The notes under the pieces are model-generated. The model had not been told where the DNA came from. It ran no database searches and was given only the letters and a program-made list of their open reading frames with translations. 64,000 nt of DNA from Eledone cirrhosa (Eukaryota). The translations under genes were made by a program, and so were the position numbers. This document shows positions 36,001 to 46,700 of this stretch, one piece after another. Within the stretch, counting starts at the first letter, position 1, and each line of letters opens with the position of its first letter. Location: contig OZ024740.1 in NCBI GenBank assembly GCA_964016885.1, positions 205,344,001 through 205,408,000 of the forward strand. Direction: 5' to 3'.

Positions 36001-37914
36001 GTCAGTGTGTGTGTTGGTGTCAGTGTGTGTGTGTTGGTGTCAGTGTGTGTGTTGGTATCAGTGTGTGTGTTGGTGTCAGTGTGTGTGTTGGTATCAGTGT
36101 GTGTGTTGGTGTCAGTGTGTGTGTGTTGGTGTCAGTGTGTGTGTTGGTATCAGTGTGTGTATTGGTGTCAGTGTGTGTGTGTTGGTGTCAGTGTGTGTGT
36201 TGGTATCAGTGTGTGTGTTGGTGTCATTGTGTGTGTTGGTGTCAGTGTGTGTGTGTTGGTGTCAGTGTGTGTGTTGGTATCAGTGTGTGTGTTGGTGTCA
36301 GTGTGTGTTGGTGTCAGTGTGTGTTGGTGTCAGTGTGTGTGTTGGTGTCAGTGTGTGTGTTGGTGTCAGTGTGTGTGTTGGTGTCAGTGTGTGTGTTGGT
36401 GTCAGTGTGTGTGTGTTGGTGTCAGTGTGTGTGTTGGTGTCAGTGTGTGTGTTGGTGTCAGTGTGTGTGTTGGATTCAGTGTGTGTGTGTTGGTGTCAGT
36501 GTGTGTGTTGGTGTCAGTGTGTGTGTTGGTGTCAGTGTGTGTGTTGGTATCAGTGTGTGTGTTGGTGTCATTGTGTGTGTGTTGGTGTCAGTGTGTGTGT
36601 TGGTGTCAGTGTGTGTGTTGGTATCAGTGTGTGTGTGTTGGTGACAGTGTGTGTGTTGGTGTCAGTGTATGTGTTGGTGTCAGTGTGTGTGTGTTGGTGT
36701 CAGTGTGTGTGTTGGTGTCAGTGTGTGTGTTGGTATCAGTGTGTGTGTTGGTGTCAGTGTGTGTGTGTTGGTGTCAGTGTGTGTGTTGGTGTCAGTGTGT
36801 GTGTGTTGGTGTCAGTGTGTGTGTTGGTGTCAGTGTGTGTGTTGGTGTCAGTGTGTGTGTTGGTGTCAGTGTGTGTGTGTTGGTGTCAGTGTGTGTGTTG
36901 GTGTCAGTGTGTGTGTGTTGGTGTCAGTGTGTGTGTGTTGGTGTCAGTGTGTGTGTTGGTGTCAGTGTGTGTGTTGGTGTCAGTGTGTGTGTTGGTGTCA
37001 GTGTGTGTGTTGGTGTCAGTGTGTGTGTTGGTGTCAGTGTGTGTGTTGGTGTCAGTGTGTGTGTTGGTGTCAGTGTGTGTGTGTTGGTGTCAGTGTGTGT
37101 GTTGGTGTCAGTGTGTGTGTGTTGGTGTCAGTGTGTGTGTGTTGGTGTCAGTGTGTGTGTGTTGGTGTCAGTGTGTGTGTTGGTGTCAGTGTGTGTGTTG
37201 GTGTCAGTGTGTGTGTTGGTGTCAGTGTGTGTGTTGGTGTCAGTGTGTGTGTTGGTGTAAGTGTGTGTGTGTTGGTGTCAGTGTGTGTGTGGGTGTCAGT
37301 GTGTGTGTGTTGGTATCAGTGTGTGCGTTGGTGTCAGTGTGTGTTGGTGTCAGTGTGTGTGTTGGTGTCAGTGTGTGTGTTGGTGTCAGTATGTGTGTGT
37401 TGGTATCCGTTTGTGTGTTGGTGTCAGTGTGTGTGTTGGTGTCAGTGTGTGTGTGTTGGTATCAGTGTGTGTGTTGGTATCAGTGTGTGTGTTGGTGTCA
37501 GTGTGTGTGTGTGTGTTGGTGTCAGTGTGTGTGTTGGTGTCAGTGTGTGTGTTGGTGTCAGTGTGTGTGTGTTGGTGTCAGTGTGTGTGTTGGTGTCAGT
37601 GTGTGTGTTGGTGTCAGTGTGTGTGTGGGTGTCAGTGTGTGTGTGTTGGTATCAGTGTGTGTGTTGGTGTCAGTGTGTGTTGGTGTCAGTGTGTGTGTTG
37701 GTGTCAGTGTGTGTGTGTTGGTGTCAGTGTGTGTGTGTTGGTATCAGTGTGTGTGTTGGTGTCAGTGTGTGTGTGTGTGTTGGTGTCAGTGTGTGTGTTG
37801 GTGTCAGTGTGTGTGTGTGTGTTGGTGTCAGTGTGTGTGTTGGTGTCAGTGTGTGTGTTGGTGTCAGTGTGTGTGTTGGTGTCAGTGTGTGTGTTGGTGT
37901 CAGTGTGTGTGTGT
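1..37914 (+). repeat. Satellite/minisatellite array, unit TGGTGTCA(GT)n (n mostly 5, range about 4-8; 18-bp consensus TGGTGTCAGTGTGTGTGT); begins before the window start
   Basis: Seen directly: continuous tandem units from base 1 to ...cagtgtgtgtgtgt|aaacag at 37914. Common variants are TGGTATCA and CAGCGT. The + strand is about 89% G+T (consensus 8G, 8T, 1C, 1A). Confidence 0.99.
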
Positions 37915-39393
37915 AAACAGTTTCAACAATTAAAAAAGAGGAAAAGGTAATACAATTGTAACAAAGCGGATTCTTCAATAGGGATACGTTGGAGGGCCAC
38001 TCGTGGTAAACCCCTCATAAAACTACGGCTGACCTGATTTCTAGGTTAAGTGTCCCATCTCAGCTATGTTTCTCTTATTTACAGGCTCACACAGAGAGTG
38101 AGCCCATTCACTCGGGCCATGCTGACTTCTTTCACCCACCTTTCAACAAATTACTCTGAAGGCAGCATTTCCCTCTCCACCCTGATTTTCCTTTCCAACT
38201 GAAACACCGAAGAAGGAAGTGCTCGTCTTCTATCCTTTCAATCGGGTCCACCATACAACCTCCTTCGCCATGGTCACAATACAGATAAGACCGGCCTTCT
38301 CTTCCTTATTAAAAGAAAGTGGTGGGGAAATCTTCACAATGGAGTCGGCCGATAGTCGGATTCGTCCTTCACACGGCAGCACATGTTCGACATAAACCCA
38401 CAAACTAGCAATGCTCGGATATTGAACGATTGCGTGCATGACAGTTTCGTCGCCTGTGCACATCTCGCTGTTGACGGCAATTCGATGCCTGTAGAGTTTA
38501 TCCTGAACTGGCAAAGCTCCCCGGTTGCACTGCCAGTCCCGGGGAGCTTTGCCAGTCCAGGGATTTCTGGGAACTGTCCATGAGCCCTGGACCGAAAGTA
38601 ATCCGAAAAGAATGGCTAGTTGATTCTCGTCGACGCCCAAGAACGTCGTCGATTTCATCCGCCACTAATCCCCGACAGAACGCCAAGGTGGACTTTCCAA
38701 CGATCATACTGCCCGATTGGCAGTGAGTGCTTGAAGACATTCCAAGACATTCCAGTTTCCAAGCGCTCCCTCTCGGTCTCCGCTTGACGCAGGACTGCAG
38801 CTCCGTCAAGCAGATGAGTTGGGGGAACATCCGTTTTGCGAACAGCGACCACACATGTTCACCGTTTAGGAAGGGATGGAGATGACGTAGTCTCAGCGCA
38901 TGTTTGTGCATTATCAGCCACGGCATTCCAAGTCCTCCACACAACGGGTATTGATAGCAGATGGACCACCTGACCATTTGAACGCGTCCTTCCACAAGAA
39001 GCGGAAGTGCAAACAGTCCAGTGCAGTCAGACGGGGTTTGGGACAAGGCACAGCGGTCAGGCGGTAGTTGATGATAGACGCGATGTACGCGTTCGCCACC
39101 TCTGCCCTACCTTTCAGGGACAGCTTTATCTCGGCCCATTTCTGGGTGAGATTTGCCACTCTGTTCGTCACCTCATCCCAATTTCTGTCTATCTGGAACT
39201 CGGGACCGAACCAGACCTCGACCAATTTAACCTACCCGTGGGTCCAGTGTCCGACAACGCTGTTGGACGGCATGGACCTGCCCCTCCATGTGCCCACGGA
39301 CCTTTCTTGGTTGGTTTTCGCTCTTGAGAGCGTTTCGTATTCCCTCAGAGCAGTGCCAATCACCTCAATGTGTTTGGTGCTTGACACTACGAC
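37915..39393 (-). mobile_element. 5'-truncated, frameshifted Tx1/L1-clade non-LTR retrotransposon (end of RT, thumb, zf-RVT region, stop at 38079-38081, about 165 bp of 3'UTR)
   Basis: Minus-strand peptides VWFGP..NW..V..W..LSLKGRAEVAN..IAS..Y.L...FRFLWK, GGLGMP and LPVQDKLYRH...ET..H....P...LW match the typical Tx1/L1 ORF2 C-terminal layout (established family motifs). They are split over several frames. Confidence 0.85.
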
Positions 39394-39438
39394 TGAATAC
39401 ACAGACCATAAATTAGAAACCATTATTAATCTGACCAT

Positions 39439-39567
39439 TACGTCCTTTTATGATCTGAGTTCAAATCCCGCCGAGGTTGACTTTGCCTTTCATCCTTACG
39501 GGGTCGATAAAATAAAGTACCAGTAATGCACTGAGTAATTGCTGGCCTTGTGCCTAAAGTAGAAACA
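39439..39567 (+). mobile_element. 5'-truncated tRNA-derived SINE (octopus OK-like family) with 17-bp TSD
   Basis: Contains B-box GAGTTCAAATC and body GGGGTCGATAAAATAAAGTACCAG. Flanked by ATTATTAATCTGACCAT at 39422-39438 and 39568-39584. Confidence 0.85.
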
Positions 39568-39676
39568 ATTATTAATCTGACCATGGTCAACTTTGCCTGT
39601 AATCCTTCTGGGATTGATACAATAAATTACCTGTAATATACTGGGTCAATATATTCGATTTTCCCTTCAATTTAAA

Positions 39677-39889
39677 GGGCAGTGGATTGGCAGTATCGGT
39701 AGAGGGTCGGACACCATGCTTTGCAGCTCAGAGATACGTCCCTTTATGATCTGAGTTCAAATCCCGCCGAGGTTAACTTTGCCTTTCATCCTTATGGGGT
39801 CGATAAAATAAAGTACCAGTCATGCACTGAGGTCGATTGAATCGACTCTCCCCTCCTCCCAAATTGCTGATCTTGTGCAAACCATTATT
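39677..39889 (+). mobile_element. Full-length tRNA-derived SINE (same family); a degenerate fragment precedes it at 39585-39660
   Basis: A-box TGGCAGTATCGG at 39688-39699 and B-box GAGTTCAAATC at 39753-39763. Body is shared with the copies at 39.4, 47.1 and 47.3 kb. Confidence 0.85.
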
Positions 39890-40502
39890 GATGCATGGGT
39901 TCATTAGTAATATTAATAATAATAATGATGTTGTTGATGATGATGATAAATCCTGGTATATAGTTTGATCGGATAAAAAGTGACATTTAATCTTAATGCT
40001 GTCAGATACTGTTGAATTATGGAGGGGTTTTCAGGCAATTAACTGGAAATGTGAAATTATTACAAACTTATATACTTCATCTGTGCATATATGTATGTGT
40101 GCGAGGTGTGTGTATTGGAGGAGGGGATTATGTGGGAGAGGAGTGTGTTGGAAGAGGGGCTTGTGTGTGTAAGGGGAGGTATTTGTGTGAGCGTGGGAGG
40201 TGTTCGTGCGTGTGCGTGGGAGGTGTTTGTGTGTTCATGGGTGGTGTTTGTGTGTGCACGAGAGGCGTTTGTGTTATAGAAGGGGATTTTATGTGGGCGG
40301 TGTGTGTGTGTGGGAAGTGTGTGTATGTTGAAGGAGGGGGTTGTTTTTAAAAAGGTGTATACGTGTAAGAGGCGATGTTTGCATGTGCGGGAGAGATGTT
40401 TGAGTTGGAGGAGGGGCTTGTATGTGGAAATTGTATGGGTGTAACGACAGAAGATTGTGTGTGAATGAGGTACATGGCTTGAAGACAGGAGTGTGTTTTG
40501 AA

Positions 40503-40654
40503 GGAGGGCGTGTGTATTAGAGAAGGGCGTGTGTATCGAAGGAGGGCGTGTGTATTGGAGGAGGGCGTGTGTATTGGAGGAGGGCGTGTGTATTAGAGGA
40601 GGGCGTGTGTATCGAAGGAGGGCGTGTGTATTGGAGGAGGGCATGCGTATTGGA
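40503..40654 (+). repeat. 19-bp minisatellite GGAGGGCGTGTGTATTGGA x8, inside a degenerate GA/GT-rich tract (about 40100-40800)
   Basis: Eight units read directly. Unit endings alternate TAGA, CGAA, TGGA, TGGA twice, giving a 76-bp higher-order period. Confidence 0.9.
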
Positions 40655-40929
40655 GAAAAGCGTGATGGAAGCATTCAGGTGTGTCTAGAGGGAGGTGCTT
40701 GTGTGTGTTGGGGAGGGGCATGTGTGTGGGAGGAATATGTATTTGAAAAGAAGTGTTCGTGAGTATTTTTGTGGGAGGTGTTTGTGTGTGAAGGGTGGTG
40801 GGTGTATATACCCGTATATACACCCATTCACTCATACACACAAATATACACAATCATATATATCCACTCATGCATAGATTTGCATTCATGTATACACTTA
40901 CGAATATGAATAAAAGATATGTACACTAT

Positions 40930-41150
40930 CGATAGTCGATCGACTTTCGTCAAATCGGACCGAGGAAACAATGTTTCCGTTGGTCTTTCCAATTGCTAAT
41001 ACTATCTATGGGTCGCAACTCCAGGTAGATGAAGCAATATAAAATAAAGTGTCTTGCTCAAGGACATAACGCATCACCCGGTCCAGGAATCGATTTCACA
41101 ACCTCACGATGCGAATCTAATTCTCTAACCACTCAGCCACGCGCATTCAC
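40930..41150 (-). mobile_element. tRNA-derived CORE-like SINE with 12-bp TSD
   Basis: Minus strand has A-box TGGCTGAGTGG and a CORE-like TGTCCTTGAGCAAGACACTTTA. TSD TATGTACACTAT at 40918-40929 and 41151-41162. Confidence 0.85.
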
Positions 41151-41582
41151 TATGTACACTATAGAAAACCAAATTTAAAGTCAGAATTAAGAAGACTTAA
41201 ATTAGTTAAGAGACATTTTGACCACTGATTTTTATCTAACGCGATAACTAAAGAATACTGAAAAAACTGATCGGAATGTGATCAATGATATCGATATCTG
41301 GTGTCTTAGGGCAGTGGTCGCCAACATGGGTTCCGCGGAACCTTGGGGTTCCGTAAACCAAACTCCGGGTTCCTTAAAAAAATAAATATTTACATTACCA
41401 TTAATATTTTGGGTTTTCTGAAAAAGGTGCAAAGAAAATGCCAAAGGTGCAATGTATAAATGAACGAGTACTACTGTAGTGTACACAGGTTCTCCACTCC
41501 AATTCGTGGAAAACACTACTTTCAGTTTCTCACTTGAATTAGCAGAAAAACACTGTTCTGAGATTCGTGGAAATTGAATATT

Positions 41583-41981
41583 TTCTTCTTCTTCTTCCCG
41601 AGAGGGTCGTGGGGGCAGAGTCCTCAAGCACTCCTTCCATTGGGTCCTGTCAGAAGCAACTATCTCCAACTGATCCGGCTGGACCATCAAGCAAGACAAG
41701 AAAAGCTCATGGATGTTATCCAAGCGTCTTTCTCGGGGTCTACCCCTGGGTCTCCTGCTGGTTGGTTTTGCCTGTAAAATCTGTCCAGCGATTCTTTCCT
41801 GACACATTCTAACCACATGTCCATAGTCTCAGAGCTGTGATCTTTCAATTGGGAGAAGTAGGGGCTCTGATTGGAGTGACTCTCTGAGATCCAAGCTACA
41901 CTCTATCAAGTAACGTTACTCCAAAGACCCTTCGGAGGAACCCCATTCCGGCCACTTGAATTCGCGATCGTATTCTTTCTA
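41583..41981 (-). mobile_element. 3' end of an RTE-clade LINE with short (GAA)n tail
   Basis: Minus-strand peptide GHVVRM..ERI..QILQAKP...RPRGRPR.R..D and ...LPPRP ends directly in GAA repeats, typical of an RTE C-terminus. Confidence 0.8.
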
Positions 41982-42406
41982 ATGATTCTGAAAGTCACAC
42001 CGCTAGTACAGTAAGTGATTAACATAACATATTCAATACCAGTGTGGAAAATTTATATTTTCAAGAAGATTTACCTTTAACTGAACTTTTAACACTAGTA
42101 AATGCCATTACTCTGTTTTATGATAGATTATCCCGCCTAAGAAAAACAATATATTCAACTATATATATCTGACGTTTTATCTTAATCCAAGGTTTAAAAC
42201 GTTATATAAATATTGTAGATATTAAGATATTTAAACCAATATTCTTAATATTTCTTATGTTTTTGTGTTAGGCTCAGTGGTTGGAATCCGATTGATTCTT
42301 GGGCTGGGCAGCGAGGTGTGTTCTTGAGCAAACATCTTATTGATTCTTCTGTCAGGAGTTGCCACAAAAAGTTCTTTTTATTATTCTTTGGGCGGAGGAG
42401 GAGGAG

Positions 42407-42475
42407 GAAGAAGAAGAAGAAGAAGAAGAAGAAGAAGAAGAAGAAGAAGAAGAAGAAGAAGAAGAAGAAGAAGAA
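42407..42475 (+). repeat. (GAA)23 microsatellite preceded by (GGA)n
   Basis: Seen directly. Source of the poly-K and poly-F pseudo-ORFs. Confidence 0.97.
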
Positions 42476-42878
42476 ATCCTTAATCTCCGTTAACATTTTG
42501 GCGACATTAATAGCCCTAAGAAGTAACTGAATAATAATAATAATTGATGTCAAATTGTATAAAACGGCAATATTCCTCACTATGGGTGCCATTAAACCAA
42601 CCTATCATTTTGGATATAATTCTATATATTTTTTTCTTTTTTTTACTGAGCCGAAAAAAAAAGGATTATTATTTAAATTTTGTTTGTGATTTTTCAAAGT
42701 AAACTTAGGAGTAGCAGAATTCATTGGTTCGGCTCAGCCTGGATATTTAGTTCGCCGGAGAAACGATTGTAATACGTAATAAATTGTGTTCCGATTCATC
42801 ACTCATTCTTCGTTTTCCATATATATATATTATGAAAATAAACCAAAGAAGCCTTCAATACATCAAAAGTCTTTATTA

Positions 42879-42916
42879 GCCAACAATGTTTCGTCCTATT
42901 AAGGACTCATCAGGGC
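42879..42916 (-). ncRNA. Minimal type I hammerhead ribozyme motif (inverted copy, family A)
   Basis: Reverse complement reads GCC-CUGAUGA-GUCCU-UAAU-AGGAC-GAAAC-AUU-GUU-GGC. Confidence 0.85.
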
Positions 42917-44731
42917 AAGAAAGCTATAAGAAGCACTATCGAGATATTCTCTTCTTGCCCCCACGCCATTTCTAATTCTTACTTTTATTATAAACCTAAA
43001 AGTTCTGGTAGTGTAAATTGTATCCATTAGCTGCTATATTCCCTTATCTTTTTTGTTTAGGTTCATTTTGTTTACCACCATCATTATCATTATTATTATT
43101 GGTTTTTAACAGCTTTTCGATCTAGCTTTCATAGTCTTTTGGCTACCATACCATATCTATCTTCTTAAATATTATATTTTCACTATTAACACCTTATGAG
43201 TTTATATCTGATTATATATTTTATTTTATTTTATATTATTTTATTTTATTTGGATTCTCATTTAGATAATTAACCCCCTCCCTCCCCCTCCCACACTTGT
43301 CATTCGCCCCTTCAATTATACTATAATTATATTCAATTCCCTTTTATGCTCCTTTCTATTGTATAATACAGTATATTGATTATGATTTTATGCTCCTTCG
43401 TATCCTCCATACATTTCTTTTTTCTGTCCCCATTGGCCTACCATTGTTCTATCTTAAGTCCGTTTATTAGATAACGTTATTCAACTGATAGTAGAATATT
43501 TCATTCTATTCTGGATATTTTTATTGAGATATCTTAAACTTTGGAGATTTTGATTACTTAAACCATAGCTAATTTTGTATTGACTTATTATGTATTTTAA
43601 ATACTTTCAATATTAATTAATTTAATAGGGTTTTCTAGTCATTTATCCGGGTTTGATTCCTAATTTTTTTACTTAACTGCTTGTGACACTTAAGTAAATA
43701 TATTTGTTTTTGTTTTTCGATTTCCGGTGAATTTATTTATATTTTTTTTACTACCGTGCGTAGTTTCTGTCTGGTTCTTATTCACTTATTCACATATGTC
43801 TGTCTACCAACCATGTAATTATGTATATTATACTATGTTCATTATTTGATATTGAAGTTGTTATATCATATCACTCTATGTAATCGTACTATTGATCTTA
43901 AATATTTACCGATTATTGGATGTACCCTTATGTTAAATTTTGTAAATTCTGTAATATGTTTATATTTTTATAATTTTTGTAATGTTTAGATAATATTTAT
44001 TTATACCAATTGTATAAAAGCTTGACCTCCGTCTGTTTTCTTACAACGGTATAGATATTTTTCCAGCACAATTTTTTCAACACAATTTAGTTCTGTATGA
44101 TATTTTTTTCTCACCCTGTGTGTAACTTTATATGATTTGTTAAGTCATATGCCAATATATTATAATAATGTTATTATAGTGTTATTGTAATATTTATATT
44201 GTTTGTGCAAATTGACCGGAGATTATTAATTATATAATTATATAGTATATTATATATTATATGTTTACTTTTACTCATTTCTTTATCATTTTATACTGTA
44301 AATAATATATGTATTATATTTTTATTTTTATTTTTATTTTTATTTATTTATATTTAAACTCTTAATAAGTGTTAGTTTGTGTTTGTATTGATGGATATGT
44401 GTATTGATATATATATATATATGTGTACATATGTATATATATATATATATATGTATATTGGGCCTTTTAATATTATTATTATTATCATTATCAATTATAT
44501 TATATTATATTATATTATATTATATATAGTACTGTAATTCTCGCTTTATATCACCACTTGTGTTTAGCTTTAGTTTTTGCATTGTACTATATTTGTAATA
44601 TGGTTCAAAATGTTATTCACTTCCTTAGCAATTTTTACTTGATAATTTTCCTATGCTTTAATGTATGTATACTCCATATTCTTCTGAGTTTTTGGCTTGT
44701 ATTGGCCGATAGTGCTTCTTATAGCTTTCTT

Positions 44732-44769
44732 GCCCTGATGAGTCCTTAATAGGACGAAACATTGTTGGC
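44732..44769 (+). ncRNA. Minimal type I hammerhead ribozyme motif (family A), predicted cleavage after GUU at 44766
   Basis: Helix I GCC/GGC, core CUGAUGA, helix II GUCCU/AGGAC, GAAA, and a near-palindromic helix III AACAUUGUU. AATAAA follows at 44771. Confidence 0.85.
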
Positions 44770-44919
44770 TAATAAAGACTTTTGATGTATTGAAGGCTTC
44801 TTTGGTTTATTTTCATAATTCTTCGGCTCTGTTTAATTACATTGAGCTATACCTTTACTGTCATTTCTATAATATGAAGAGGGTGTTTAACTCCAACACG
44901 CTCTAGTATTTTAATTCTT

Positions 44920-44966
<47 letters not shown>

Positions 44967-45699
44967 CATTACGAATTGCTCACAATTCTTTCAGAATAAC
45001 ATTACTAATATAATGCCTTTGTTAAACACAAATATAAACAAATACAATTAACTATTGTTAGGAACTTCACAAAAACAACACACCAAAATATATGACCAGA
45101 GTGCGAGAAAGAAGAAAAAAGATGGGGAAGCAAACACAAAAACTCAAAACGACCATCAATTCACCACCAAGTGAAACAATTGGCCGCACCTCTTCTTTAT
45201 TACACACTGCATCTGATTTCTCTAATGCAGTTTTTATCTCATCTCATCATTCATGCACACTAACAATACACATCGATTGGATTATGCTCGACTTGTGCAT
45301 CATTCGCTATCTCTCTACACCTCTTTTGTACTCACATTTTACATTGTGTACATCGTATAAAGTTCCTTCCTACTACGTTTTTACATATTGAGTACAGCTA
45401 TATCTCTGGTGATATGAGAGTCGTGTCTTCTTTCCTACTTACTAAAACCTTTACTTAGTTTACTCTTAGTCCTTTTGATTCTAATTTCTGTTCCAGTGTT
45501 CCTCTCAATATCGTTATCTTTTGTTCTGGCAGCAGTTCGTTTGTCCACCCCTTTCGCTTGTATGTATGTAGTCCAAGATGTGTGTATTACCTGCTTTTTT
45601 TTTCTTTCCTTTTCTTTTTTTATGTATTTGAAATATTATTTATACAATTGTGAATAACATTTTGAGACTTTCTATATATATATATATAAAAAACATTTC

Positions 45700-45965
45700 T
45701 GTTTCGAAAGCCGGAAATATCTTTCCAAGCTTTTCCACAGATTCAGTTATAAGAACTAAGTTCTTAACATACAGAAGTTCCGATGGACAGCCAGTCATAA
45801 ACTCATCTGCTATGGTCCGGAGAACTACAATAAACAGAAGTGGACTGAGGATAGAGACCTGATTAACACCATTGAATTCCTCACTAAACTTATTAATTAC
45901 CCTTACTTTACTGAAAGCATCTTTGTACATGACTTGCAATGCTCTACACGTCATCCATCTACACA
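45700..45965 (-). mobile_element. Old RTE-clade reverse-transcriptase fragment
   Basis: Peptide MYKDAFSKVRV..SEEF..GVNQ.SILSPLLFIVVL...EF.TGCPSELLY aligns by eye with the RT at 62.7-62.9 kb and 63.7-63.9 kb. Confidence 0.8.
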
Positions 45966-46261
45966 GTGACCTAAAAATAGGAATATGAAAATCACATTCA
46001 GTGGAGAGAATGACAGCTAAAGCTGACAAATAAATCGATACTTTTTATTAAAAAATTAAAAAATTAGTTAGTTAAAGGCAATCTTGTCGAATATCTGCGT
46101 AGTTAAAAATGAAACTAATGATAATGGGGAATATATAAAAAAACAACAACTTATAATTCTTGACTTACCGAAATAAATGAGTTTCATTTTAGTGTGGAAA
46201 CTTCTAATATAATTTAACTACCTTATTTCTTTTGTGTATAATACGACTTGAGTATAATAAT

Positions 46262-46700
46262 GGCTTGGATGCTGCAGGCTTTCCCTCCCACCTCGAGCCG
46301 GCAGAGCTGGACCGAGGAGACAGCAAAAGGCCAGACGGTATGACTATCTTCCCGTTTCGCGGTGGGAAACCCCTCATCTGGGATACCACATGCAACGACA
46401 CATTCTCCAGCGACAACCTGGTACAGTCTGCGATTAACCCAGGCTTTGCTGCACTTCGGGCCGAGGAGGGTAGTAAACTCTCTAAATATCAGTCTTTCTC
46501 CGACAAGTTTGCGGTCGAGCCCGTGGCAGTGGAAACTTCTGGTGCTCTTAGCCTCAGGACCACCATCATCGGCACAGAGTTGGCTACCCGTAGGTATGAT
46601 CCTCGCGAGCTCTACCAGTTGGAATGGCTCTTCCAGCGCATCTCTCTCACCATCCTCCGGTGAAACGCCTTCTCTAATGTGTCCGCCGGGACCGCAGAGT
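46262..46700 (+). mobile_element. CRE-like non-LTR retrotransposon, restriction-like endonuclease fragment
   Basis: Peptide LEP..LDRGDSKRPDGMTIFPF..GKPLIWD.TC.DT...AE..K..KY...PVAVETSG (PD..D RLE motif). Paralogous to 54.6-55.0 kb. Confidence 0.8.

Larger units (their letters stand above)
42829..44921 (+). mobile_element. Non-coding Penelope-like element, family A: inverted partial pLTR + 1.77-kb AT-rich body + pLTR with about 100-bp tail, inserted in (TA)n
   Basis: Perfect 113-bp inverted arms at 42829-42941 and 44707-44819, each with a hammerhead core. (AT)n on the left and (TA)n at 44922-44964 on the right. No recognisable ORF inside. The PLE assignment is inferred from the known pLTR/hammerhead architecture. 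Confidence 0.75.

Noticed and set aside
1-37914. Telomeric or CRISPR-like array
   Set aside because: No TTAGGG tract. The G-rich strand points toward the internal junction rather than a left-hand end. There are no unique spacers or cas genes, and the context is eukaryotic.
2-37950. Very long Cys/Val-rich ORFs (up to 3220 aa) in all three + frames
   Set aside because: The consensus 18-bp unit has no stop in any + frame, and 16/20-bp units shift frame constantly, so no frame is conserved. Artefact of the satellite.
39677-39770. tRNA gene (A and B boxes)
   Set aside because: No cloverleaf. It is the head of a multi-copy SINE.
40012-40877. Repetitive ORFs on both strands
   Set aside because: Translations of the 19-bp minisatellite and the degenerate GT/GA tract.
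41312-41375. hAT-like MITE terminus CAGTGGTCGCCAAC
   Set aside because: Only one end is visible, with no partner TIR or 8-bp TSD.
42245-42592. Poly-Lys and poly-Phe ORFs
   Set aside because: Translation of the (GAA)n microsatellite.
44872-44910. SECIS-like hairpin in the family A tail (ATGAA-GAGGGTGTTT-AA-CTCC-AACACGCTC-TAGT)
   Set aside because: The stem and apical AA are suggestive, but the 3' side reads UAG rather than the GA needed for the kink-turn quartet, and there is no ORF. It also lacks GAAA, so it is not a second hammerhead.
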